A DNA stretch of 64,000 nt from Sulfolobales archaeon HS-7. GTDB taxonomy: Archaea > Thermoproteota > Thermoprotei_A > Sulfolobales > Sulfolobaceae. Made by a program: the position numbers and the translations under genes. The stretch lies in contig AP024596.1 in NCBI GenBank assembly GCA_019704295.1, forward strand, positions 1,344,001-1,408,000, written 5' to 3'. Every line of letters begins with the position of its first letter. The first letter of the stretch is position 1. Shown here piece by piece: positions 20,406 through 29,671 of the stretch. A model generated the notes under the pieces. It was not told the origin of the DNA. It worked only from the letters and a program-made list of their open reading frames with translations, and did not search any database.

Positions 20406-23400
20406 TATTTTTCTCCTCCATAAATTATTCTAAGAGTATAGACTATATTAGAAATTATGTCTTCAGGGATTTCTATTGGATAATTTGCAACTTTTAATTT
20501 AACTTCATATAACTCTTCATTAAACATAATTTCCCTATTTTCTCTCTGAGAATTGCTCTTTATCCAGTAATCTAATATAGCTCGAGTAACATATTTCTCA
20601 TTTTCTGAGCTTACAAAAATTAAATCTTTATAATCCTCATAATCATAAAGTAGAGAAGCTGAAATTTTACCTTCATCAATTTCCTTCTTTAATTTTGATA
20701 CTATATCCAGGATAGAGGCTATCTTGCTAAAATCGTTTATGGAGTTCACAATAGGTCTCTTTAAGGATAAGGGAATAACTGAGGTCAATCCTTGATACCT
20801 AAATATAGCGATGTCCTTCTTAACATATTTCAAATCTGTGTCATATTTTATTCTATATCTTACGTTCTCCTTGCCCTCTTTTAACAGATTATAGGAGTCA
20901 TTTACTACAGCAAACAAAGGATCAGCATAGTGGGCTATAATTACAGAGTAGGACCTACCAACAATGGGTAATGAGGGATAATACGCATTATTAATTTTAA
21001 AAAATCCGTTTTCAACCAGCACTTTTCCTATTTTTTCACTTCCGAATCCAGAAAATGCTCTTCTACTTTCCTTAATGAAATCTAAAACCTCGTCTACAGG
21101 CAACATTACTAATAAGTCGTCTCCGCCAGCATAAATTACAAAACCTCTGTGTTTATTCACTATTTCCAGTTCTAAGAGCAAGCCTCTATTTAGCGCAGAT
21201 GAAATTGCTATGTGCCAGGCTGGCGTTATTGTAATTCTATCACTCTTAAATATAGATTCAAAATAGTTAATGGAGTTATCAATATATTTCATATTTTCCT
21301 CTATATTTGATTTCTTTGGACCGAATTTACGCCTAATTTTGGTTTTGTAAAGTTCACAAAAATATATTTTTTCACTACACGGACAAATTTTACTATTAGT
21401 ATTATTTTTCAATTTTAAGAATTTCAAGCATTCTATTATTTTTTTCACATAATCCACTATTGACCCGCTTCCACTATTTATCAAGTAATCTTCAAGGACT
21501 TTATCCAAAATGTCCTTCTTGTCACCTATATTTGCATAATCATCAGAATCTATTATACCTGATAAATATGGCGTTAATTTACCCTCCAATAAGTCTCCTA
21601 AATAGTCACTATCAGCTCTAACTAACGCGTAGTAAGGTGAGGGGAGTGAAGTTCCAATATTTTTAAATATTGAAATATATTCCTTTCTTCTATCCTCTCT
21701 GAACCAATGGTCCTCTGGATTTACACTTATGTCTATTGAGGACAAACTATAATTCCTGTTAAACCAGTTCCACATTGAAATTTTTTCCTTATTCCCTTTT
21801 TTACAAAGTTCCTGTACTTCATCAGTGCATATTTTATCAGCATTTTGTATTAATTTTTCAAATACATTAATTGACGCTATATCAATAGTAGAGGGAATCT
21901 CCATCTCTAATTGATCTTGTAATATATCATTTACTATTTCGTTGACCTCGTACAGATCACCTAAAAGTAAGGTTCTTATCAACCTCGGTTCTACGCCTAA
22001 AACTCTCTTAACAAAACACCAAGGACACAACCTTTCTCCTGGAGAAATGAGCTTTTTTAAATTCTTTGCATCGTTTTGATCTTTAGCTAAGCCTGCGTTA
22101 ACAGCTTTTTTCTCAAATTCCTCTTCTGAAGGCATAATAAGAATTGCAGGTAGAACTCCGCATGAAGTACAGAATTCATAGCCTCTTTTCGACTTCTCAC
22201 CGTATTGAGGTAATTTACCACTCCTTGTTAATTGAAAAAGCTTTAACTCAGAGTCCGGTGTTACCTTAACCAACTTATCCTTCTTAAACTCGCTAACTAA
22301 TTGACGGTACGTCTCATCATAAACTTTCCACGCGTCCGATCTTAAGTGACTTGGTTTTGACTTTGATCGACCCTCAAATATTTTGGATTTGTCTACATGT
22401 ACCTGTTTTACACGAATCCTTAAGGGGGGAGTAAGTAACAGTTCCTCGATTTCTTTTAACACTTTGCTTACCAGATTCCAAAAAATCTCATTTTCTCGTC
22501 TTTCAGATTCTCGTCTTTCAGAATATATCTTCAAAGCTTGAATTAGTCTCTTCCATCCCTCAACATATCTTTCCTTTATCTTCGAAATAAAGTAGTTATC
22601 ATCTGGAAGGGAATAATACTTATCCTTGATTTTGCTAAACCCCGGTAAGATAAGTGTAACCCTACCAGGAATTATAGGATATGGAGGAATTTTCAATTTT
22701 TTGAAGAGTTCATCCCCATTGAATATGTAGTTAATTACTAAATGCTCAACGTCATCTACCACTTCACGATTTAAACTTCTTTCCCTTTCCATCCTCAATT
22801 TTTCTAGAAGATAAAATGCATAAAACTGGTTAAACCTTAGTGATGGAAATAGAACAGTGTCAGGACCGTATTCTTCTATGAACCCTGTAATAACGTACCA
22901 TAGAAGAGATGAGACTATGTAACTGGAAATCCAAATATCCCTAGTTTTTCTTCCCTTACTTATGAAATCTACAACACCTACAGTATCTATACCCAGCAGA
23001 TAACCTGTTTTTCCTCCTGAATAAAACGTAAATATCCAATTCATCATTGCGGCAGTCGCGTAAACATGATCAAATATTGTGTGAGTGGGGTTTCTAGTAT
23101 CAGCCGGTCCTACTGGAAAATTCTCATTTATCCACTCAAGCTCGTATTCAAGATAAAACAGTTGATATAATAACGAGAGGTCATTTTGGAGCGCTTTAAT
23201 ATGCTTATTTAAATGTGATACAAACTTTTTCCCTAATTCGAGATTAAAGCGAGTGTTAGGATTTCTATCACGCAATAAAGGAAAACTTGATAATTCATAC
23301 TTGTCATTTACATAGATAGTTGGTTGTGTAATATTTTTTAAAAATATGTTGATTTCAGGAAATAAACTGCTATATCCATATACAACGCTACCTAAATATC

Positions 23401-23698
23401 TATCAACAGAAGATGACAAATGATCAGCATTTTTAGTATCTTGTTCTTCCTTTTCACTTTTATTACCCTTCTTAGTATTAGAGTCTCCTTTTTGATAAAA
23501 TTTGTCAAAGCTGATATTGGTATCATTAAAAAGACCCTCAATTAAACGTTTTGCTTCAGTACCGTGTTTAAGCCTTTTTTGCGAAGAGGTCGCTTGAGGA
23601 TTCCAGCTTATTAATGCTGGTTTATTAGGCGGATCGTGTAATAGCGCTAGAATTTTACGTAAGATATACTCTTTAACATCAATTCCTTTGTTACTCAT
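20405..23698 (-). CDS. cas10: Type III-B Cas10/Cmr2 with HD and Palm domains
   Basis: ALLHDPPNK HD motif, PADTR, CTSC/CPWC Zn finger, ADSD, YAGGDD cyclase motif. Confidence 0.97.
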   Translation of the reverse strand: MSNKGIDVKEYILRKILALLHDPPNKPALISWNPQATSSQKRLKHGTEAKRLIEGLFNDTNISFDKFYQKGDSNTKKGNKSEKEEQDTKNADHLSSSVDRYLGSVVYGYSSLFPEINIFLKNITQPTIYVNDKYELSSFPLLRDRNPNTRFNLELGKKFVSHLNKHIKALQNDLSLLYQLFYLEYELEWINENFPVGPADTRNPTHTIFDHVYATAAMMNWIFTFYSGGKTGYLLGIDTVGVVDFISKGRKTRDIWISSYIVSSLLWYVITGFIEEYGPDTVLFPSLRFNQFYAFYLLEKLRMERERSLNREVVDDVEHLVINYIFNGDELFKKLKIPPYPIIPGRVTLILPGFSKIKDKYYSLPDDNYFISKIKERYVEGWKRLIQALKIYSERRESERRENEIFWNLVSKVLKEIEELLLTPPLRIRVKQVHVDKSKIFEGRSKSKPSHLRSDAWKVYDETYRQLVSEFKKDKLVKVTPDSELKLFQLTRSGKLPQYGEKSKRGYEFCTSCGVLPAILIMPSEEEFEKKAVNAGLAKDQNDAKNLKKLISPGERLCPWCFVKRVLGVEPRLIRTLLLGDLYEVNEIVNDILQDQLEMEIPSTIDIASINVFEKLIQNADKICTDEVQELCKKGNKEKISMWNWFNRNYSLSSIDISVNPEDHWFREDRRKEYISIFKNIGTSLPSPYYALVRADSDYLGDLLEGKLTPYLSGIIDSDDYANIGDKKDILDKVLEDYLINSGSGSIVDYVKKIIECLKFLKLKNNTNSKICPCSEKIYFCELYKTKIRRKFGPKKSNIEENMKYIDNSINYFESIFKSDRITITPAWHIAISSALNRGLLLELEIVNKHRGFVIYAGGDDLLVMLPVDEVLDFIKESRRAFSGFGSEKIGKVLVENGFFKINNAYYPSLPIVGRSYSVIIAHYADPLFAVVNDSYNLLKEGKENVRYRIKYDTDLKYVKKDIAIFRYQGLTSVIPLSLKRPIVNSINDFSKIASILDIVSKLKKEIDEGKISASLLYDYEDYKDLIFVSSENEKYVTRAILDYWIKSNSQRENREIMFNEELYEVKLKVANYPIEIPEDIISNIVYTLRIIYGGEK

Positions 23699-23699
23699 T

Positions 23700-24539
23700 T
23701 TACCTCACAACCTCTGTCCCAGTCAGCTCGAATAACGAATATCCAACTGAAGTCCTTGCCCCCAGACCCTTTGTCACAATTGAAGGTAGTGTATCACATA
23801 TTCGCTTTCCTACGTCTTCTCTTTTGTAGTAAATTAGGAATCTAAACGTGACCCCAGGGGCAATTGCTAAATGTATAATAGGTTTAGGTTCTGAGTCAGC
23901 TTCAGACTTCCTCTTATTGTATTGAGGGGTAATTACGTCAGGTACGAATAAGAAATTCCTTATCCTCACCGGGTATGCGTCAGTAAAGTTTACATTTCCC
24001 TCTTTTTCCGTGTCACCAAATATTTCGTTAACATCTTGTATACTGAATTTATCCTCAATATAACTCCTTATGATACCTTTAATTTCAGAAGCGGGTATGT
24101 ATGGAGAATTCATATATGGGTCAAAGGAAATCCCCGAGTCAAAAATTAGCTTGCCTAAAGACGTTGAAACCCCAATTATAGCTCTTGTTTTTGTAGTTAT
24201 CTCGAGGTCTACTATCAAATATTTTAACGACTTTAGTACCTTTTTAAGGTTATTAAAGTACTTAATTGTTCTCTCACAGTCTAGCTTAAAGTTATTTGAG
24301 ATCAGCTCAGCAAGCTCCCTCTTAAATAGACTCTTTTTATCTTTTTTAATTATAAGACTATATTTTAGAAGAGGATACTTAGCATTAGGTACGCGTTTTT
24401 TTGAAATAAATAGTTTAAAATCGTTATTGATGTTATTATATACTACACTAGTTAGACTCAGTGCTGAGAATAAATTCACATCTTCCTTATACGTTAGCTC
24501 ATTTATAATACGAAATACTAAATTCGAATCTTTTGTCAT
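23700..24539 (-). CDS. cmr6: Type III-B RAMP Cmr6
   Basis: 'PYIPASEIKG', 'FTDAYP', 'DVITPQY', 'GLGARTSVGYS'. Confidence 0.92.
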   Translation of the reverse strand: MTKDSNLVFRIINELTYKEDVNLFSALSLTSVVYNNINNDFKLFISKKRVPNAKYPLLKYSLIIKKDKKSLFKRELAELISNNFKLDCERTIKYFNNLKKVLKSLKYLIVDLEITTKTRAIIGVSTSLGKLIFDSGISFDPYMNSPYIPASEIKGIIRSYIEDKFSIQDVNEIFGDTEKEGNVNFTDAYPVRIRNFLFVPDVITPQYNKRKSEADSEPKPIIHLAIAPGVTFRFLIYYKREDVGKRICDTLPSIVTKGLGARTSVGYSLFELTGTEVVR

Positions 24540-25972
24540 GTTTTACTCACGCAGTCTGCCATAGTTTTAAGATCCTTCGATATCATACAATAGTTATCCT
24601 CAACCAAATTCTGTACATACTTAATGTATGATGGAATTAATAAATATGTTAAAAGGAAAGATTTATTGCTATCTATATTTAATATCTTAAATCTCAAAGC
24701 TGATGACTTACTTCCTTTTGAGTAAAATTTTTTGTGAAGTTCTTCGATTGAGAATTTATAATTGTGGTCTTTATCTCTTGACGATGTTCGGTGAATACTG
24801 CCTTTTTGTTTCTTATTTAATCCATGTCCACAAAACAGCTTTAGAAATACTGATCGGTTTTGGATAAGTTGGGTGCATTTACCCCTTTCTGTGGTTGCTT
24901 CAGGTATAGCATTAAGTGTATCCTCTATTTTATTAGGATTAATCTCGTTCACAAATATCACTTTCTCCGGAAACGCTTCTGGAATAAAATAATAGTATGC
25001 TGAATCATCCTTAGCGTCTGCTTCTATTAATTTTTTATCAGGAAGAATAATATTATATTCAGTTGCTTTATGAATTAAATATGCCAGTTTATCCTTAAGC
25101 TCTTTTTCGTTTTTTACCTTTAAAAACTCCTTAATATAATTTTCTAAGTCGCTGCATACGCTGTCATAGCACTTAACATCCATTATAGACAAACTACCAA
25201 ATCCCCTGGTAGTTTTCCTTCCAAGCCCTCCCAGTAAAAGGTAAAGTAATAAGCTATGTAATGCGAACTTAAGTTCAGTATCAAAACGTTTTTTATTCTC
25301 CTCCCCGTTTTCATAATACCTGCGTAAATAAATGTTAAGAGTGAATTCTACTTTTGATCTTATGATAAAACACTCTAAGTAATCAGCTATTAAATTTCGT
25401 AGAATTGCCTCGAGGTTCTCCTTATCTGAAATATTAGTATTAGTTACCTTAATATTATTAAAACTAGACAGTTCAAAGCTAAACAATTTATTCTTATATA
25501 TACTTTCCTTAATTTCATCTTTGTCTAAATTAATTTCATAAGAAAAAGAATTGGGACATTTACAGAGGTTTTCTAATTCGATGATTAATTTATTATCTCT
25601 TAATTCTAAATATATTTTCCCATTATAACCTTTTAAATGACCTGTTACCTCATCTAAGTTTAAATTAGGGAGCTGAAAGGGTTCATCACTTTGCTCAGTT
25701 ACAACCTCTAATCTTATTGAAGATTTCTTGTTCTCACTTCCAAAAACGTCTTCGAAAAACCTATCTATGGCATCATAGGTGTAAAGTTTCTTATCCTTAC
25801 TTTTTGCGTAACTCACAGTGTTAAACAAAACTCTGGTCCACCATCTCCATAAACCCTTAATCTCGGTAGGTCTAACCCACTCTCTATAAAACGAGTTTAC
25901 ACTATGTCTGTTATACCCTCCTGTTAAAGGATAAAGAGTCGATAACTTAAAAGATAATAACAACTCTTCCAT
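24536..25972 (-). CDS. cmr1: Type III-B RAMP Cmr1
   Basis: 'RPTEIKGLWRWW', 'GGLGRKTTRGFGS'. Confidence 0.92.
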   Translation of the reverse strand: MEELLLSFKLSTLYPLTGGYNRHSVNSFYREWVRPTEIKGLWRWWTRVLFNTVSYAKSKDKKLYTYDAIDRFFEDVFGSENKKSSIRLEVVTEQSDEPFQLPNLNLDEVTGHLKGYNGKIYLELRDNKLIIELENLCKCPNSFSYEINLDKDEIKESIYKNKLFSFELSSFNNIKVTNTNISDKENLEAILRNLIADYLECFIIRSKVEFTLNIYLRRYYENGEENKKRFDTELKFALHSLLLYLLLGGLGRKTTRGFGSLSIMDVKCYDSVCSDLENYIKEFLKVKNEKELKDKLAYLIHKATEYNIILPDKKLIEADAKDDSAYYYFIPEAFPEKVIFVNEINPNKIEDTLNAIPEATTERGKCTQLIQNRSVFLKLFCGHGLNKKQKGSIHRTSSRDKDHNYKFSIEELHKKFYSKGSKSSALRFKILNIDSNKSFLLTYLLIPSYIKYVQNLVEDNYCMISKDLKTMADCVSKT

Positions 25973-26443
25973 TCATTTCCCCTCTATCATAGCCTCGGCT
26001 AACCTTTTTATTGCCACTAAATACTTCCTCATTCTAGCGGAGACAATGGGAGACAACTCATATAACATGTCAAGCATTTCTAACCTGTTACACAAGAGTT
26101 TATCAACTATTACTTTTTTATCTATAATATTTCTCTCAGATAAATAATATAGTATAACAAACAAATATGCTGCATATGACGCATTGTCACTTTTACCCAA
26201 ATTAACTCCGGTATACGTAGGAGAATTCAATAGTTCAATGAGATCACTCGCCTTATTTTTATTGTCCTCCAGCCCTGCTTTGGACATTATGTAAAAGAAT
26301 GTAGGGATGAAGCCTGAAGTGTAAATTTCCTCCACCATTTCCCTAGCTCTGCTCCTAAATTTCCTCCTAGAGTCATCATCCCTTAAGGAATTTAATACCT
26401 TATTAAATGCGTTAATCGCTAATTTATAATCATCATAAGACAT
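25973..26443 (-). CDS. cmr5: Type III-B small subunit Cmr5
   Basis: 'KFRSRAREMVEEIYTSG', 'KRLAEA'; lies between cmr4 and cmr1. Confidence 0.9.
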   Translation of the reverse strand: MSYDDYKLAINAFNKVLNSLRDDDSRRKFRSRAREMVEEIYTSGFIPTFFYIMSKAGLEDNKNKASDLIELLNSPTYTGVNLGKSDNASYAAYLFVILYYLSERNIIDKKVIVDKLLCNRLEMLDMLYELSPIVSARMRKYLVAIKRLAEAMIEGK

Positions 26444-27287
26444 CTCTACCCCACCTTAATTCCACTATTCCTTTCCCTATTGTTTCCTTACCTCCCAAAA
26501 TAACGTAATTCAAATTCCTTAAAATACAGTTTACGAATATTGCGCTCTCCTTACTCTCCTTGCCTAAAAACGATGAAAAAAAGAGAGTCCTCATCGGCAC
26601 ATACTCCTCAGACCACAAGCCACCAATTTCTGTCGTCTTTCTATTCCTATCAATTTTAATCCTCTTAATCCTAATTAAAGACCTATTAACTATTTCCGCA
26701 CCTATTGAATCTTCCAACACCAATAGAGGAACGTCGTCAGTTACGTTGGAAAGATTTGCTTTTAAAGGTTCTAATTCAACTTGGAAGTCCTCGTTTAAGA
26801 TAACTTTTTTCAGATCTTCTTTTAACGTAATGTTTACTCCTTGCTTACAAACTATACTATCAATTGTATTTCTTAGATTGAAAAGGGCATTAGATAATTG
26901 AGAAATAGACTCTAGATACAACTTAGCTTTCTTTAGGAGCTCATATGTTGTAACGTAAACCCAGATATAAGGTGTAGCACTGTTTATTGCTATAACTCTG
27001 GAGGGTATAGCAAAAAGTATCGCATCCAAAAAAGTACCCAGAGAGGCTTCTTCTTGATTCTCATCATCGCCCAATACTTTGTAAATAACGTCTCTCTTAT
27101 TAGGTAATTCCTTTAAGAGAAAGGATTTAATCGCTCCTTTAAAGCTTGAAGCGTATATCGTTGGATAACCTAACTCATCCCTCTGAAAGGGTAAATCTAC
27201 CTCCTCTTCTACAGTTAAGCCTGAACCGACGTGTAAGTGGGTAATCGCTCGAGAAAAAAATGGTTCAGAAAAAGCGTAGTACACCAT
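26433..27287 (-). CDS. cmr4: Type III-B RAMP Cmr4 (target RNase)
   Basis: 'HLHVGSG...VDLPFQRD' with catalytic Asp, 'GLWSEEYVP', 'LGGKETIGKG'. Confidence 0.95.
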   Translation of the reverse strand: MVYYAFSEPFFSRAITHLHVGSGLTVEEEVDLPFQRDELGYPTIYASSFKGAIKSFLLKELPNKRDVIYKVLGDDENQEEASLGTFLDAILFAIPSRVIAINSATPYIWVYVTTYELLKKAKLYLESISQLSNALFNLRNTIDSIVCKQGVNITLKEDLKKVILNEDFQVELEPLKANLSNVTDDVPLLVLEDSIGAEIVNRSLIRIKRIKIDRNRKTTEIGGLWSEEYVPMRTLFFSSFLGKESKESAIFVNCILRNLNYVILGGKETIGKGIVELRWGRDVL

Positions 27288-27297
27288 AAAGTTTTCC

Positions 27298-27888
27298 TCA
27301 GGACTTAAGGGTATAGTAACTAACTATTTCGTTGAGTTTTTTCTTCAAGTCCTCTATAGCATCAGGGTCATCAATTTTATATAGTTCATTTATTCCTTTC
27401 ATATTATTATCATCAATATTTAAGGAATTATATTCAGTTCTGCCTACAGATTCATTTTCTTGTAATGATAGATTAATTGTTACGTCATCTTTAAGATAGA
27501 AGTCAGATTTCCTTATGAAATATAGCTTATTCGTTACTTCATGTTTTGCGAAAGTTATAGTTTTTACTTTATATTGATTATTATTTTGTTTGATTTGACC
27601 ACCTATGAGAATTCCTCGAACGTAATCGCAAGGATCTAAGGTTGAAACTAACCGAAAACTTTTTTTATCTACAGCGTAACCTGTAAGAACTAAAATATTG
27701 TGAATTACCACGAATTTTTTATTATTATCATCACTTTTTTGCTCTATTTTAGAAATATGATTACTGTTTTCTAGTTGGACCTTAAATTCTCCTGAATTTC
27801 CATTTCCTATAGAAAAAATTTTTTCCTTCTCTGAGCTTAGCTCATATTTTGCCCCATTTACTAGAGGAACAAACGTGTAATTACTCAT
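27298..27888 (-). CDS. cmr7: Sulfolobales-specific Cmr-beta subunit Cmr7
   Basis: 'HNILVLTGYAVD...LDPCDYVRGILI' core; first gene in the cmr7-4-5-1-6-2-3 order known from S. solfataricus/S. islandicus Cmr-beta. Confidence 0.85.
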   Translation of the reverse strand: MSNYTFVPLVNGAKYELSSEKEKIFSIGNGNSGEFKVQLENSNHISKIEQKSDDNNKKFVVIHNILVLTGYAVDKKSFRLVSTLDPCDYVRGILIGGQIKQNNNQYKVKTITFAKHEVTNKLYFIRKSDFYLKDDVTINLSLQENESVGRTEYNSLNIDDNNMKGINELYKIDDPDAIEDLKKKLNEIVSYYTLKS

Positions 27889-27909
27889 GTTTAATATACT
27901 TTAATAACT

Positions 27910-27926
27910 CAACTATTTAAAAGTTG
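27910..27926 (-). promoter_or_regulatory. cmr operon TATA box flanked by a short inverted repeat
   Basis: TTTTAAATA on the - strand ~26-34 nt upstream of the cmr7 ATG, inside CAACT-N7-AGTTG. Confidence 0.45.
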
Positions 27927-28339
27927 GGCAATTAAGGTGTAAATTACGAATTCATTTTATTTCATAGAAATAAAATTAGAATGACTGATCGCACATGGAG
28001 CAATGTAGTACCGATCGTGGACTAGTAATGAGTTACATCGTCCTAAGCACAATTTACGAGATATTGTAGAATTCATAATTAATGTTGCTTACCTCATAGA
28101 CCGATTCTCTGAAGAGGTGTAAGTGTCCTGAATTCCATTGTAGAAAGAAGCTTAAGGAGATGTAGAGGTAGATTATATAGTATGTATCTAATTCGTTTTA
28201 ACGTAATCCCTCTTAAGAGTTTTCCTATTTGTGTTTAGTAATACTTATTTTTCCTATAAAAACTTAGTTTTTAAACAAATAGACTTTTGTTGCATGACGA
28301 ACTCTGTCGGCATACCCTTGCACTTCACATTATTTATCT

Positions 28340-28768
28340 TTAGCACCTGAGTAGCTTTTTACCGATATCTGCTAACTCAATTCTGAGTATCCAAACTCTT
28401 TTAATTTCGGACACCTTATCGAAGTCCCTGTCCTCGCTCACTATTTTGCTTATTGAGTTATTTAACATCACGGCAAGGTGAAATGCGTTCGAGGGCTTGA
28501 AACCCCCTATCACAAATTCCTTAGTTTTCCTGTAATCCTCTGAGGTAATGGGAAGAAGGGTCGAGTTTGGCAACACTATTTCGTCCAGGAACTTTACGGT
28601 GTCCTCGTACTTAACGTTGTATCTCTTTTTAGAGACGTAAATTACCTCGTCAAGGACTAAGGGATCTACCGTCAAGTTCTCCTCAGCGACGAGCTTAACG
28701 TAAAATTCCTCGACTTCCCTTACACCCAGGTTTAAGTATATTAGGAAGTTCGCGTCTAAAAACATCAA
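28340..28768 (-). CDS. vapC: VapC PIN-domain toxin
   Basis: 'FLDANFLI', 'VLDEV', 'PSNAFHLAVM', 'IVSEDRDFD'. Confidence 0.9.
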   Translation of the reverse strand: MMFLDANFLIYLNLGVREVEEFYVKLVAEENLTVDPLVLDEVIYVSKKRYNVKYEDTVKFLDEIVLPNSTLLPITSEDYRKTKEFVIGGFKPSNAFHLAVMLNNSISKIVSEDRDFDKVSEIKRVWILRIELADIGKKLLRC

Positions 28769-29025
28769 CTATCGAATTCCTCCTCCAGGACCGAGCCAGC
28801 TAATTCGCCGAGCTTAACTTTCCTAGCGTAGGAGACCCTCTCCCTATGCTCCTCAAGCTTCTCGGTGAGGTAGCTAATATCTACTCTTCTATCAGGTTCC
28901 AGCACAAGCCTGCCGTTATCTCCCTTTATAGATAGGGTATCACCCTCCCTTATTCCCATGGGCTCATGAACGCTTTTCGGAATTATCATGTAACCCTTCT
29001 TTCTAACCTCTACTCCTAGAGTCAA
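28765..29025 (-). CDS. vapB: AbrB/MazE-type antitoxin (VapB)
   Basis: 'KKGYMIIPKSV..MGIREGDTL' swapped-hairpin motif; ATGA overlap with vapC. Confidence 0.85.
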   Translation of the reverse strand: MTLGVEVRKKGYMIIPKSVHEPMGIREGDTLSIKGDNGRLVLEPDRRVDISYLTEKLEEHRERVSYARKVKLGELAGSVLEEEFDS

Positions 29026-29066
29026 ATTGGTTTCTTAAAGTTGTTCTGGTTAAACCAATATTAAAG
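29026..29066. promoter_or_regulatory. vapBC promoter with candidate operator inverted repeat
   Basis: ATTGGTTT-N18-AAACCAAT (29026-29059) between the start codon and a CTTTAATA TATA-like box on the - strand. Confidence 0.45.
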
Positions 29067-29449
29067 ACTTTTAGGATAGTTGAGTACCTTTAACGAAGAT
29101 CGAAATTTAGAGATAAGGAGTGTTTAATTCATAATTGTATAAATAATTAAATAAAGTAAAAAGTAATTAAACGTATTTAGAATTTAATTTTAAATTATGT
29201 GATATATTAAAAGTCAGTTTGTTGAGTGTGATTTCATGTAATCTGAATTACGTCAGTGTACACTTTCAAGGTGTTAAGTTCAAGCCAAAACCCTCACTAT
29301 TTCACCTAAATATACCGAAAGAGTCATCATACATTACATTTTTAGAAATTTAGTAACTTATAAGGGGTTGAATCCGTATATAACATATGCCTATCTCGCC
29401 GTTAACGTAAGTTGGATAAAAACACCGTACGCAAGGTCGTGAAATTAGT

Positions 29450-29671
29450 GGAAATGATAAGTTAATTAAGAGATATTCTGTTTAGTCTTCTATTCATTTT
29501 TTATTTCATACAAGAATTCGGCAACCCCACGTAATACCAAAATATGTATAACAGAACATATATTTTTAGACGTAAATTATCGACGGCAACCTCACGTAAC
29601 CTCTAGGGAGAGCGAGATTGCCGAATTTGATACCGAAAAATTTATGAAGGAGAAAGGACAAAATAAGGAGT
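29450..29671 (+). promoter_or_regulatory. CRISPR leader
   Basis: AT-rich; ends in CCGAAAAATTTATGAAGGAGAAAGG (BRE/TATA-like plus purine tract) immediately before repeat 1. Confidence 0.75.
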
